Source of the DNA: a phage
Sequence record: PZ386957.1
Length of the DNA: 64,000 nucleotides
Strand: one strand, 5' to 3'
Shown here: one piece after another, positions 55,057 through 64,000 of the stretch
Position numbering within the stretch: the first letter of the stretch is position 1
How the letters are laid out: every line of letters begins with the position of its first letter
The notes under the pieces: generated by a model
Database searches by the model: none
The model's input: the letters and a program-made list of their open reading frames with translations, nothing else
What the model was told of the DNA's origin: nothing
Program-made: the position numbers and the translations under genes

Positions 55057-55069
55057 AATTGTATGTAGT

Positions 55070-55897
55070 TTAAAACAGTTTCCAGACTTTTCGAGCGTCG
55101 TAATTTTTTCCTTTGGACAAAAATTTATAGGTCGGAAGATATACTGCCCTAGCCCAATCTTTTGGCGATATCTCTATCAGTTTTGTCCTGATATGTCCTG
55201 GCAAATATGCTTTGATCATGTGATCACTTCCACGCATACCCTTTACGTCGCTCCATTTGATTTTTAAGCGAGTTTTATTGCTTAGACTAGGGGTAGATGC
55301 GTATTGCTTTAAAAGTGCTTCTAAGAACTGTTGACGCGCTTTAGGAGGCGCATAGTGCAAGTTCAAGCCTAACATGATCGTATTACCCGCTTTACTGGTT
55401 CCTTCACCTAGACAGATGATCAACGGAAAAGCATCGTAAAATTCAAGAGTATTCTTATATTTTGGGTCATATGCATAAGTATAGATCCGGCCTACTTGTG
55501 GTTTTACTACCTGGTGACCTTTTACTCCTGCTTTGATAGTCTTCATAAACCATTCTTGCGACTTCTCTTTAGGTCGGGATACTTTAGCCATATCCCGGAG
55601 GGACGCACGAAAATCATTAATAAGCATCATAGCACGTTGTTGCTTATTCAAACCTTTAGCACTTTTACCCTTTAATCGTGCAATCTCAATTGCTTGTTTA
55701 ATCTCTCCTGAATAACGAGACATACTCTTAGTGAATGTGGTATAGGGTATTCCTTTTTCTTGAGCAAATGCTTTAGCTGTAATGCCTTTTGCTTTCGCTT
55801 TAGCGAACTCTATACCCAGGTCAATCCACTGTTTAGCCTTTCTTTGTTGTGGCGTTTGCTTAACGTCTTCTTCTGTGATTATTTCAAATACGCTCAT
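55070..55897 (-). CDS. 2: DNA end-protector protein (gp2), by size and synteny
   Basis: 275 aa (T4 gp2 about 274 aa), basic; between gene 3 and gene 4. Confidence 0.65.
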   Translation of the reverse strand: MSVFEIITEEDVKQTPQQRKAKQWIDLGIEFAKAKAKGITAKAFAQEKGIPYTTFTKSMSRYSGEIKQAIEIARLKGKSAKGLNKQQRAMMLINDFRASLRDMAKVSRPKEKSQEWFMKTIKAGVKGHQVVKPQVGRIYTYAYDPKYKNTLEFYDAFPLIICLGEGTSKAGNTIMLGLNLHYAPPKARQQFLEALLKQYASTPSLSNKTRLKIKWSDVKGMRGSDHMIKAYLPGHIRTKLIEISPKDWARAVYLPTYKFLSKGKNYDARKVWKLF

Positions 55898-55908
55898 AAT
55901 ATTATCCT

Positions 55909-56385
55909 CTATTTGTTAAGCCCTTTAAACCCGAATACTTTCTTTAATGCATGTTCGGTGATGATCTTAAACTCCATGTTATTTTTCTTACATAGTTCCA
56001 CCGCCGCAGCCCATTTTTCTGTATTCACTGTGTATGTGTAACATTCTTGCATATATCTTTGCTTAGTCTTTGCCGTTATTCGTTTTGGTTTTTGTGGTGG
56101 CATTGTTTCTTTTGCTGGTTTTATTTCCCATAGATACTCCTTACCATCATCAAATTTAACTGCGATATCCATATAATAACGGCGTTTCTTGTTATCGGCG
56201 CTGGACCAGTATGGAATTACTACCGTCTCAGATCCCCACCTAACCACATGTGGATTGCGGTCGAGCCAACGGAAAATGTGCAGCTCCCAAGATGACCGAT
56301 ACGTGATTTTATGAATGTTGGGACCGCGATACTTCTCAGGATTTTCTGGCTTAAATTTGCCCTTGTAAGTGTTAGATCCTCCCAT
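55909..56385 (-). CDS. 4: head completion protein (gp4)
   Basis: 158 aa; position adjacent to and divergent from gene 53 as in T4. Confidence 0.75.
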   Translation of the reverse strand: MGGSNTYKGKFKPENPEKYRGPNIHKITYRSSWELHIFRWLDRNPHVVRWGSETVVIPYWSSADNKKRRYYMDIAVKFDDGKEYLWEIKPAKETMPPQKPKRITAKTKQRYMQECYTYTVNTEKWAAAVELCKKNNMEFKIITEHALKKVFGFKGLNK

Positions 56386-56400
56386 TTTAGCACCCTTTCT

Positions 56401-56408
56401 TATAAATA
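56401..56408 (+). promoter_or_regulatory. T4-type late promoter (gp55-dependent) for gene 53
   Basis: Exact TATAAATA about 30 nt upstream of the gene 53 start codon. Confidence 0.6.
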
Positions 56409-56440
56409 CATAATACTATTTATTAATTGGAGTGCGAAAA

Positions 56441-56995
56441 ATGCTCTTTTCTTTCTTCCCAGCCGTAGAATACAATGGCAAGATGATTACTGACATTGTG
56501 CGAAATTATCGCGCCTACTTTAATTCTATCATCTCAGATTATAATATTCAAACTTATTACATTCAGGGTAGCCCACGACCGGAACAAGTTGCATATGAAG
56601 TATACGGAAATCAGCAATTATATTGGATCTTGTTGATGTTAAATGACGTATATGATCCGTTCCATGACTGGATCACCGATCAGGAGACTGCCTATGAATC
56701 AGCCGAACAGCGTTACTCCCGCGTAGGAGGAAATCAGGTATTATATCACGTTGACATTGACGGAAACAAGTATTGGAACTTAACAGAATATCCGAAGGGA
56801 TCAGAGAACTGGTATGATAAAGGCGATATTCATCACCGTCATTTGCAGTTTCATGGTGCATTGTCGGCAGTCGATACACTAGAAGATGCAATTCTTCGTA
56901 ATGAGGAACGACGCAAGATTAAAATTATCGATCCGACTCAAATTAAACAATTCATTAACGCGTTTATTCGTGAAATGGAAAAGGCTGATGTGTAA
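56441..56995 (+). CDS. 53: baseplate wedge protein gp53
   Basis: Start refined to ATG 56441 (MLFSFFPAVEY vs T4 MLFTFFDPIEY); YYI.GSPRPE, GN.QLYW.LLM.ND.YDP, VGG.Q..YHV, GAL.AVDT, R.IKII all match. Confidence 0.88.
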   Translation: MLFSFFPAVEYNGKMITDIVRNYRAYFNSIISDYNIQTYYIQGSPRPEQVAYEVYGNQQLYWILLMLNDVYDPFHDWITDQETAYESAEQRYSRVGGNQVLYHVDIDGNKYWNLTEYPKGSENWYDKGDIHHRHLQFHGALSAVDTLEDAILRNEERRKIKIIDPTQIKQFINAFIREMEKADV

Positions 56996-57004
56996 GGTGA
57001 TAAC

Positions 57005-58804
57005 ATGTTAATGATTAATAACTCCGTTAAATGGTTTACCGGGATTGTGGAAAACAGGGAAGATCCATTGATGTTAGGACGGTTACAGGTCCGTATTCAT
57101 GGTGTACACCCTTCATTATCCGCTCACGGTGATATACAAGGTTTACCGACCGAAGACCTGATATGGATTACTCCAGTACAAGATATTACAAGCGCGGCGA
57201 TCTCCGGTATAGGCCAAAGTCCTACTGGTATTGTTGAAGGTTCAATGGTATTTGGTTTAGCCTTAGATGAACGTTATTTGAATTGCCTTATTCTGGGGAC
57301 AATTGCAGGACAATATACAGAGCAACCATTAACAACCGAGGGATTTTGTGATCCGTCCGGTGCATATCCTCGCTATATCGGCAACGATGTTAATATTCTT
57401 GCTCGCGGCGGGGTTAATCCATCAACGGGACAAACAACAAAACCTGATAGTGTCTATATTCGAGATGAAAACACTGGAGTTGCCGTAAATCCAGACGACG
57501 AGCCATTAGACCAAATTCCGGTTGACGATAACCCAGAATACACAATAGAAAAAATGTTGCGGGGCGATGAGGGATATCGCGAGAAATGGTATCTTGATTC
57601 AGAAGGATATCCGACAATAGGCATCGGGCATTTGATCATTTATAAGAAAACCAGTGATCTGGGTATTATCAATAATGAACTTTCTAAGCTGGTAGGGCGT
57701 GAAGTTACAAACGGAAGACTTACCGCCGAAGAAGTTAGTAAAGTATTTGCTGACGATATAGAAAAGACTCGTCGTGATATGCGCAAACATCCACGAATTG
57801 CACCTGTCTATAATAAATGTAATGCCTCACGTCGTATGGCATTAGAAAATATGGCGTTTCAAATGGGTGTTGGTGGATTGGGTAAATTTAAGAATAGTCT
57901 TGCTGCAATGCTGGCGGAAGAATGGAAACAAGCCTATGATGGATTACGTCAATCTGTATGGGCTAATCAAACTCCAGGACGCTCCAGCCGTGTTTCTAAA
58001 ATTATTTTAACTGGTAACTTAGAATCATATGGCGTAATTGCTCCAAAGAAAGAGGAATCAATTTCGGATGATCCGCGAGCACGTTTAAGAAATGCCCGTA
58101 TTGCTGCCTATAAGACACAGAGAGCAGAAGAAGACCCAGAAGCACCGTTTACCCCACAAGACACACGAATCATGTTTAAAGAGCCTAAGAGTTCGTATTC
58201 TGCAAGGTATCCTTATAACCATGTGTACGAGTCAGAGAGCGGTCATATTATCGAGATTGATGATACTCCTTCTCATGAGCGATATCATCGTAAACATCCT
58301 TCTGGTACATTTGAAGAAACCAGACCGGACGGAACGAGGGTAGAAAAGATTGAAGGCGATGACTATTTGATCGTTAAACAAGGCCGGAAAGTAAACGTTA
58401 AGGGTAATTTGCAAGTTGTTGTTGAAGGTGACGCGCAAGTTTATTATATGGGTAATGTTATGCAAACCGTTGATGGTAACGTCACTGAATTTATTCGTGG
58501 CAATGTTAATCAGACCGTTGAAGGCACTGCTAACATGCATGTTGTCGGTGATGTTATCGCACAGCTTGACGCTAATTTGACGGCTAATGTCAAGGGTAAT
58601 GCTGAATTAATGATCGAGGGTAACACTACAGAGACAATTAAAGGTAACTATGATTTAACCGTTGAGGGTAATTTTAATATGACCGTCAATGGCACTAAAT
58701 CAGATCAGGTTAATGGTGACTGGTCCCGTAATTGTGGTGCAAGCGTTAAAGATATTGCATCTGGTACAGTTAAAATTGATGGTAGCCGTATTGATCTTGG
58801 GTGA
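57005..58804 (+). CDS. 5: baseplate hub/central spike with lysozyme domain (gp5)
   Basis: 599 aa; internal T4-lysozyme-like DSEGYPTIGIGHLI; C-terminal beta-helix repeats (VEGN...VKGN...). Confidence 0.9.
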   Translation: MLMINNSVKWFTGIVENREDPLMLGRLQVRIHGVHPSLSAHGDIQGLPTEDLIWITPVQDITSAAISGIGQSPTGIVEGSMVFGLALDERYLNCLILGTIAGQYTEQPLTTEGFCDPSGAYPRYIGNDVNILARGGVNPSTGQTTKPDSVYIRDENTGVAVNPDDEPLDQIPVDDNPEYTIEKMLRGDEGYREKWYLDSEGYPTIGIGHLIIYKKTSDLGIINNELSKLVGREVTNGRLTAEEVSKVFADDIEKTRRDMRKHPRIAPVYNKCNASRRMALENMAFQMGVGGLGKFKNSLAAMLAEEWKQAYDGLRQSVWANQTPGRSSRVSKIILTGNLESYGVIAPKKEESISDDPRARLRNARIAAYKTQRAEEDPEAPFTPQDTRIMFKEPKSSYSARYPYNHVYESESGHIIEIDDTPSHERYHRKHPSGTFEETRPDGTRVEKIEGDDYLIVKQGRKVNVKGNLQVVVEGDAQVYYMGNVMQTVDGNVTEFIRGNVNQTVEGTANMHVVGDVIAQLDANLTANVKGNAELMIEGNTTETIKGNYDLTVEGNFNMTVNGTKSDQVNGDWSRNCGASVKDIASGTVKIDGSRIDLG

Positions 58805-58812
58805 GGTAACTA

Positions 58813-59379
58813 ATGGTTGAAATTCTTCCGATGAGTTCAAAATTGGAGGATATCAGCGAGCGAGAACTCTTTGAGGTGGTGTTCTCTTATAAAGCAACGC
58901 CACCGGATGCAAATACCACATACACGATTAAAGAGTTTAAGATCAGCGAGTATCGCCCTAATAAGGGCGTTACCGTTGAAGAAACTAAAATATCTGGTGA
59001 GTATCTGGATAGTTTTTCGCTTGGCGCGGATTCTCTTAAATATATAACGAAAGATCGAATTAAAAAATCTGCCGGAAGTTTTGATGATTTACCAGATCCA
59101 ACTACCGCAGATCTATATTATTTTAACGCTCCTACACGTCTACAGGAGGTTTATACTTATAAAGTAACCCTAACCTATATCCAATCTGTTTCAGAGTCTT
59201 CTGGGGGTTCTGGTGAAGGAAATAGTGGTGGTTCCAATAGCCGAGAGGGTGCTGGTGAAACTAATCCGCCTCCGGTAGTAACAGAGCACACAATAGAGAA
59301 AGTTTATACTCAAACCGTTTTTGGAAATTGGGATGTGTGGGCGCAACAACTAAGAGACTATGTACATAGGGGTGTTTAA
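58813..59379 (+). CDS. baseplate-associated protein (gp5.1-like), by position
   Basis: 188 aa ORF between gene 5 and the PAAR-like gene; Gly/Ser-rich linker. Confidence 0.5.
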   Translation: MVEILPMSSKLEDISERELFEVVFSYKATPPDANTTYTIKEFKISEYRPNKGVTVEETKISGEYLDSFSLGADSLKYITKDRIKKSAGSFDDLPDPTTADLYYFNAPTRLQEVYTYKVTLTYIQSVSESSGGSGEGNSGGSNSREGAGETNPPPVVTEHTIEKVYTQTVFGNWDVWAQQLRDYVHRGV

Positions 59380-59672
59380 TGGCTGGATTATCATATGACA
59401 AAGCACGAACAACCGGACATGAACAATTTCCACCCACGATAATTAATGCATCACAATCTAAGGTATTCGTTGAAGGTATTCCGGTATTAGTGGAAGGTGA
59501 TTCTATAATTCCACATACACGAACAGTTAAGCCCTATGATACACACGGAGGAACTACCGTAGCCAGTACCCCGAAAGTATTTGTTACCGGAAAGAAAGCA
59601 ATTCAAATGGCAGATCGTATTAGCTGTGGCGATACCGTCGCTATGGCATCTTCTAAGGTTTATATAAGGTAG
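59379..59672 (+). CDS. 5.4: PAAR-repeat spike-tip protein (gp5.4-like)
   Basis: 97 aa; position after gene 5; N-terminus [14 protein letters not shown] resembles recalled T4 gp5.4. Confidence 0.7.
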   Translation: MAGLSYDKARTTGHEQFPPTIINASQSKVFVEGIPVLVEGDSIIPHTRTVKPYDTHGGTTVASTPKVFVTGKKAIQMADRISCGDTVAMASSKVYIR

Positions 59673-59676
59673 TAAC

Positions 59677-60231
59677 ATGAAAGAAAACGTCATTCATTAC
59701 ACAGAAGAAGACCGTAATTTTTATAACGAACTTCATAATGCTTTCGTCTATGATGATGGTATTCTTTATTGGAAACATACAAGATCGAATCGTATAAAAC
59801 CCGGCGACATTGCAGGTGTGTTATGGACAAACAATAAAACCGGATATTCTAGTTGGAAGATCGGATTTAATGGCAAGAAATATCATCGGTCATTACTGGT
59901 TTATGTTATGCACTATGGACATATACCAACGGCTTCTCAAGTTATCGACCATATAAACAACACATCAACGAATGACAGAATAGAAAATTTGCGGGTCACA
60001 ACCCAGCATCAAAATACTCAGAATAAGTCGAAGGCGAGAAATAAAACCAATGGAAAATACAAGGGTGTGTTTTTAACCAAAAACGGAAGATGGAAAACCC
60101 AGATTGTCGTGAATGGTCGATGTGTTTACTTAGGAACATTTGACTGTGAAGAAACCGCCGCAAAAGAATACAACAAAGCTGCAACTCATTATTTTGGTGA
60201 GTATGCGAAATTGAACGAATTAAGGGTATAA
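59677..60231 (+). CDS. freestanding HNH homing endonuclease with AP2 DNA-binding domain
   Basis: 184 aa; HNH core IDHINNTSTNDRIENLRVTTQHQN; AP2-like YKGVFLTKNGRWKTQIVVNGRCVYLGTFDCEETAAKEYNKAA; inserted between 5.4 and 6. Confidence 0.85.
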   Translation: MKENVIHYTEEDRNFYNELHNAFVYDDGILYWKHTRSNRIKPGDIAGVLWTNNKTGYSSWKIGFNGKKYHRSLLVYVMHYGHIPTASQVIDHINNTSTNDRIENLRVTTQHQNTQNKSKARNKTNGKYKGVFLTKNGRWKTQIVVNGRCVYLGTFDCEETAAKEYNKAATHYFGEYAKLNELRV

Positions 60232-60232
60232 A

Positions 60233-62137
60233 ATGACAAAGCAAAAGATTACACAAATTCCTGATATTTTTAATGCTGCTACATTCGATGAAATTAAAAG
60301 CGCATTAACAGACTGGATGAGAAACCAGGAAGAATTTAAAGATTTTGATTTTAATGGTGCTGGTATTAACGTATTGATGGACTTGCTTGCATATAACACT
60401 CTGTATATTCAGCAATTCGCTAACGCCGCTCTATATGAATCTTTTATCAGAACGGCAATTAAGCGTAGTTCAGTTGTTCAAGCCGCGCAAGATTTAGGAT
60501 ATTTGCCAGCGAGTAAAACTAGTGCATCAACTACTATTATGTTGCACGTATCACATCCGCGAAATCCGGCAAGTATTCGAATCCCACGAGGAACTAAATT
60601 TATTGCAAGTGTGGATCGCCAGACTTCTTACCCATTTGTTACTACAGAAGACGTTGTGAGCGTTTTAGGTTCAAATGGTTTATATACGCCTATGCTTAAA
60701 GTCGCACAAGGTCGTATCGTTAGAACAGAAATGTTATTCGATCCTAAAAAGCAAATTCTGATCCGCGATCCAGATATTGACCGCGCTCAGGTTAAATTGT
60801 GGGTGGATGGTGCTGAATGGAAAGACTGGACACGAGAAAGTATTGTTAATGCAACTGGCGCTAGTAATATTTTCTATATGCGCGAAACCGTAGACGGACA
60901 TACAGAAATTTTCTTTGGTGAAGGTGAATCAACTTTATCTGCTGCTGGCGGTGCACTGGAAGCAAATTATATTGGTGGACTTAAGCCGTCAACTGGTGCT
61001 AATATTGTTATCGAATATATCAGCACTAAAGGCGCGGAAGCTAACGGATCTGTCAATTTCACATACGCGGATACATTGTCATCTATCTCTATTGTTAAAA
61101 TTATTGAGAATCCGACAAATGATCGTGATTATGTCGGTGCTGATGGTGGCGGTGATCCTGAATCAATCGAACGTATTCGTGAACTTGCTCCGGTAATGCG
61201 TGAATCTCAGCGTCGTTGTGTAACTGCTTCCGACTATGAGGCTTTTGTTTCAAGCCGATTTGGTAGTATTGTTCAGGCGGTACAATGTTTCACCGATCGA
61301 GAAAAACCTGGTTATGCTTTTGTTGCTGTTAAGCCTAAATCTGGTTTGCGCTTGACAACTGTTCAAAAAGAAGATATGCGGGATTATCTGGCAAAATATA
61401 ATCTTGCTCCTATCACGCCGAGCATCATTGACCCTAACTATCTGTATATTAAACAGAATATTAAAGTTTCCTATTCAATCAATGACTTGTCAGAATCAGA
61501 GCAGTGGTTGCGCGGTGCGGTTATTGATCAGATTGATGCATACTATACCGATGAAGTGGAAATTTTTAACCAGACCTTTAGTAAGTCTAAAATGCTTGCG
61601 CGTATTGACAAAGCCGATGTTTCTGTGATAGGTTCTAGTGCAGAGATTGAAATGGTGCGTGAAATTGACAATTTCTATAAAGCGCCTATGGCTGGCATCA
61701 AATTTTTAAACCAGTATAAGAGCGGTGTTAAATCAAGTTCGTTTAACTTTGAGAAAGACGGGAAGCAATATCCGATCCACTATGTGAGCACCGAAATGGA
61801 CACCGAAAGCGGATTGGCTAAAATGCTGGTTGGACCATTCCCTGTAGGGGCAACAATAGCATTACCTCATTATGACGGCACTGATTTTGATAAAGAGACT
61901 ATCGAAGGTGCGGATCTTTACTTTGTGGTAGGTGAAGTTGACCATTACAATGATTTAATCTCATGGGATCTGGGTAGACTTAACATTCATTCCGATTTCT
62001 TCACTGGTTCTTATATTGAGTTGACAGCGAAGCCAATCGCTGATAACATCTTTACAAGAGACGGGTCATTGATTGTATTCGAAAATGATCTTCGTCCGCA
62101 GTATACAACTATTAGTCTGGAGGCAATTGCTCAATGA
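60233..62137 (+). CDS. 6: baseplate wedge protein gp6
   Basis: 634 aa; position and size match T4 gp6; stop overlaps gp7 start (ATGA). Confidence 0.88.
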   Translation: MTKQKITQIPDIFNAATFDEIKSALTDWMRNQEEFKDFDFNGAGINVLMDLLAYNTLYIQQFANAALYESFIRTAIKRSSVVQAAQDLGYLPASKTSASTTIMLHVSHPRNPASIRIPRGTKFIASVDRQTSYPFVTTEDVVSVLGSNGLYTPMLKVAQGRIVRTEMLFDPKKQILIRDPDIDRAQVKLWVDGAEWKDWTRESIVNATGASNIFYMRETVDGHTEIFFGEGESTLSAAGGALEANYIGGLKPSTGANIVIEYISTKGAEANGSVNFTYADTLSSISIVKIIENPTNDRDYVGADGGGDPESIERIRELAPVMRESQRRCVTASDYEAFVSSRFGSIVQAVQCFTDREKPGYAFVAVKPKSGLRLTTVQKEDMRDYLAKYNLAPITPSIIDPNYLYIKQNIKVSYSINDLSESEQWLRGAVIDQIDAYYTDEVEIFNQTFSKSKMLARIDKADVSVIGSSAEIEMVREIDNFYKAPMAGIKFLNQYKSGVKSSSFNFEKDGKQYPIHYVSTEMDTESGLAKMLVGPFPVGATIALPHYDGTDFDKETIEGADLYFVVGEVDHYNDLISWDLGRLNIHSDFFTGSYIELTAKPIADNIFTRDGSLIVFENDLRPQYTTISLEAIAQ

Positions 62138-64000
62138 TTAAAGCGCCTAGTGTTACCAGCTTGACAATTGAAAAATTGTCTGCAAATCAGGCGTATATCA
62201 CATGGGATGACGTAGGCGAAAACTTCTTTTATTTTGTGGAGTTAGCCGAAACCAGAACTCAAGACGGGGAGGAAATCCCCGTCGAGGAATTGACATGGGT
62301 CAATCTGGGATATACAGCCGATAATAACTGGTTTGAAGATAAAAACTTATTCCCTGAATATTTTTACAAGTTCAGGGTAGCTGTTGCCGCAGAAGGGTTT
62401 GAACAAAGCAAATGGATCGAAACAGAAGAATTTCAGACATTTGCGACCAATGCTTATAACTTCTCTATGATGCGTGAATTTAATCTCGCGAATGAGTTTG
62501 TTAAACAAAAATTTACTTTGGATAATCGGGATTATATCAAGTTTAATACTGACTTGATTCAAGCGTCATTGATGAAAGAAGATTTTATCTTTAGTCCAGA
62601 ATATGCGAATATTACAAATATCGCCGATAAAATCATTGTAGATGAGAACTTTCATGAGATCCAAGATCACATAGAAAAAGTCTGTACAGACATTAACCGC
62701 ACTATGTTAGCGGAAATGAACGGCGTGCTATATCTCTTCGAACGTTTTCAGCCGATTGTCAAAGTATCCAATGACAAAGGTCAGACATGGAAAGCATATA
62801 AGGCATTCAATGACCGTGTAGGCAATCCAGTTTCCAGAACATGCGTTTATCAGTCTAAGACGACTACTTACGTGCTAGGGTATGACCGTATATTTTATGG
62901 ACGACAAGCAAGCGATACTCGCTGGAGTGCCGACGATGTGCGGTTTAGTGATGATACTATCACATTTGCTAAAATTGGCGATGAGAATGACTTAGGCTTT
63001 GATGTTGAAGTCTTTGGTGTGTTTGCTCGATTGACTGGCGATACCACGAAATACGCCGAAGCAATGGCGTGTAATGACGCTTATTTGTGGGTTGGTGCTA
63101 AAGACATTATCCGTCGTATTCGTCTTACTAATACCCCGGTCGATACCGTGCAAGGATCACCGACTTTCGGGGAGAAGATATTCGATCCTGATGTTATTCG
63201 TGTTACTGGTAATGATAAAGCAGTAATTCAGAAAATGGATGTGGTAGACGGGCAATTATTGGTCTTTGTTACTGGTGAAGTAAAACAGAGATATCAAGAT
63301 CCGACTAAACCGGAAAACGTGATTCCGTCCGAGGATGCTGGTGTATATCTTATGGTTGAAGATGGTCTGTCTTTTATTCGTGTATTCGGGAATACCCCAG
63401 AAGAACGTGAATACATTCAGCACGGATTTAGTAACATGTCAACCAATGGTGATGAGGCGTTTATTAGCCATTATAATCATCATTTCGGGGCAATATTACC
63501 TGATCCAGAAACTGCCGCAAAATATGACGGGTTAAGTGCTGCTGTAAAATATTCTCAGGAGCCAACTTATCTAACTGATAAGAAAATTCATCAAACGACA
63601 TTCCGCGCAAGCTACGATGACCTGCGTATGTGGCAATTAGGACCGCAATCCTATTACAATGAGGCCGATTATACATGGATGCGTCGAAATGGTGTGCGAG
63701 TATGGATCACTAATGATAATAGACCACTGGTTGTTTATCCAGAGGTAGTGTACACTCAGGAAGTAGATCCAACTGGTATTGCTGATGAAAACAGAATTAA
63801 TAAAGAAGTTTACGATAAAGGAACAGTCACCTGCTACCTGAATAATGTTAAATTTGAAGGATTCAAACAATATGCATCCGGTGTAATGTTCCATAAGAAC
63901 ACAGGGGAGATCATAGGATTCTATCAATTTAACTATCGTGTTCGCGACCAAGTTGGTGTATACTGGAAGCCTACTAATGTTGCATTCATCGCAGAATTGC
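62134..64000 (+). CDS. 7: baseplate wedge protein gp7, N-terminal part (continues beyond window)
   Basis: Frame open from ATG 62134 to the window end; MIKAPSVTSLTIEKLSANQAYITWDDVG...YLFERFQPIVKVSNDKGQTWKA...SADDVRFS closely matches recalled T4 gp7. Confidence 0.9.
   Translation, partial: MIKAPSVTSLTIEKLSANQAYITWDDVGENFFYFVELAETRTQDGEEIPVEELTWVNLGYTADNNWFEDKNLFPEYFYKFRVAVAAEGFEQSKWIETEEFQTFATNAYNFSMMREFNLANEFVKQKFTLDNRDYIKFNTDLIQASLMKEDFIFSPEYANITNIADKIIVDENFHEIQDHIEKVCTDINRTMLAEMNGVLYLFERFQPIVKVSNDKGQTWKAYKAFNDRVGNPVSRTCVYQSKTTTYVLGYDRIFYGRQASDTRWSADDVRFSDDTITFAKIGDENDLGFDVEVFGVFARLTGDTTKYAEAMACNDAYLWVGAKDIIRRIRLTNTPVDTVQGSPTFGEKIFDPDVIRVTGNDKAVIQKMDVVDGQLLVFVTGEVKQRYQDPTKPENVIPSEDAGVYLMVEDGLSFIRVFGNTPEEREYIQHGFSNMSTNGDEAFISHYNHHFGAILPDPETAAKYDGLSAAVKYSQEPTYLTDKKIHQTTFRASYDDLRMWQLGPQSYYNEADYTWMRRNGVRVWITNDNRPLVVYPEVVYTQEVDPTGIADENRINKEVYDKGTVTCYLNNVKFEGFKQYASGVMFHKNTGEIIGFYQFNYRVRDQVGVYWKPTNVAFIAEL

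Noticed and set aside
55046-58540. ORFs on the wrong strand in the late region (55046-55267, 55533-56041, 57414-57790, 58092-58540)
   Set aside because: Overlap antisense or out of frame with the homology-supported gp2, gp4 and gp5 genes.
1-64000. CRISPR array, integrase, transposase or prophage attachment site
   Set aside because: No direct-repeat/spacer array and no integrase or transposase-like ORF; the only mobile elements seen are the two homing endonuclease genes and the group I intron.

Overview
The window is a contiguous segment of a T4-like (Tevenvirinae-type) myovirus genome. Positions 1-56385 are almost entirely minus-strand genes in T4 order: 61 primase, 41 helicase, uvsX, a split DNA polymerase gene 43, regA, 62/44/45 clamp loader and clamp, 46/47, 55 late sigma, nrdG/nrdD, 49, nrdC, dam, tk, regB, a 57B/Acb1-like gene, 57A, 1, 3, 2 and 4. 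Positions 56432-64000 are plus-strand late baseplate genes 53, 5, 5.4, 6 and the start of 7. Gene identifications rest on motifs read in the ORF translations and on synteny with T4 recalled from memory; no database search was run. The strongest finding is in gene 43: it is split into 43A and 43B by a freestanding GIY-YIG homing endonuclease gene, and 43B is itself interrupted by a 264-nt ORF-less group I intron at polymerase motif B, with clear P1/P10 pairings. Other points of interest are an expanded family of tandem paralogs around nrdG/nrdD, a set of candidate anti-defence or metabolic accessory genes (2H phosphoesterase, macro-like, nucleotidyltransferase, GrcA-like), a glycine-rich gene, and about 17 near-identical sigma70-type early promoters. 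No hydroxymethylase or glucosyltransferase genes occupy the T4 positions, and no tRNA or CRISPR array was found.
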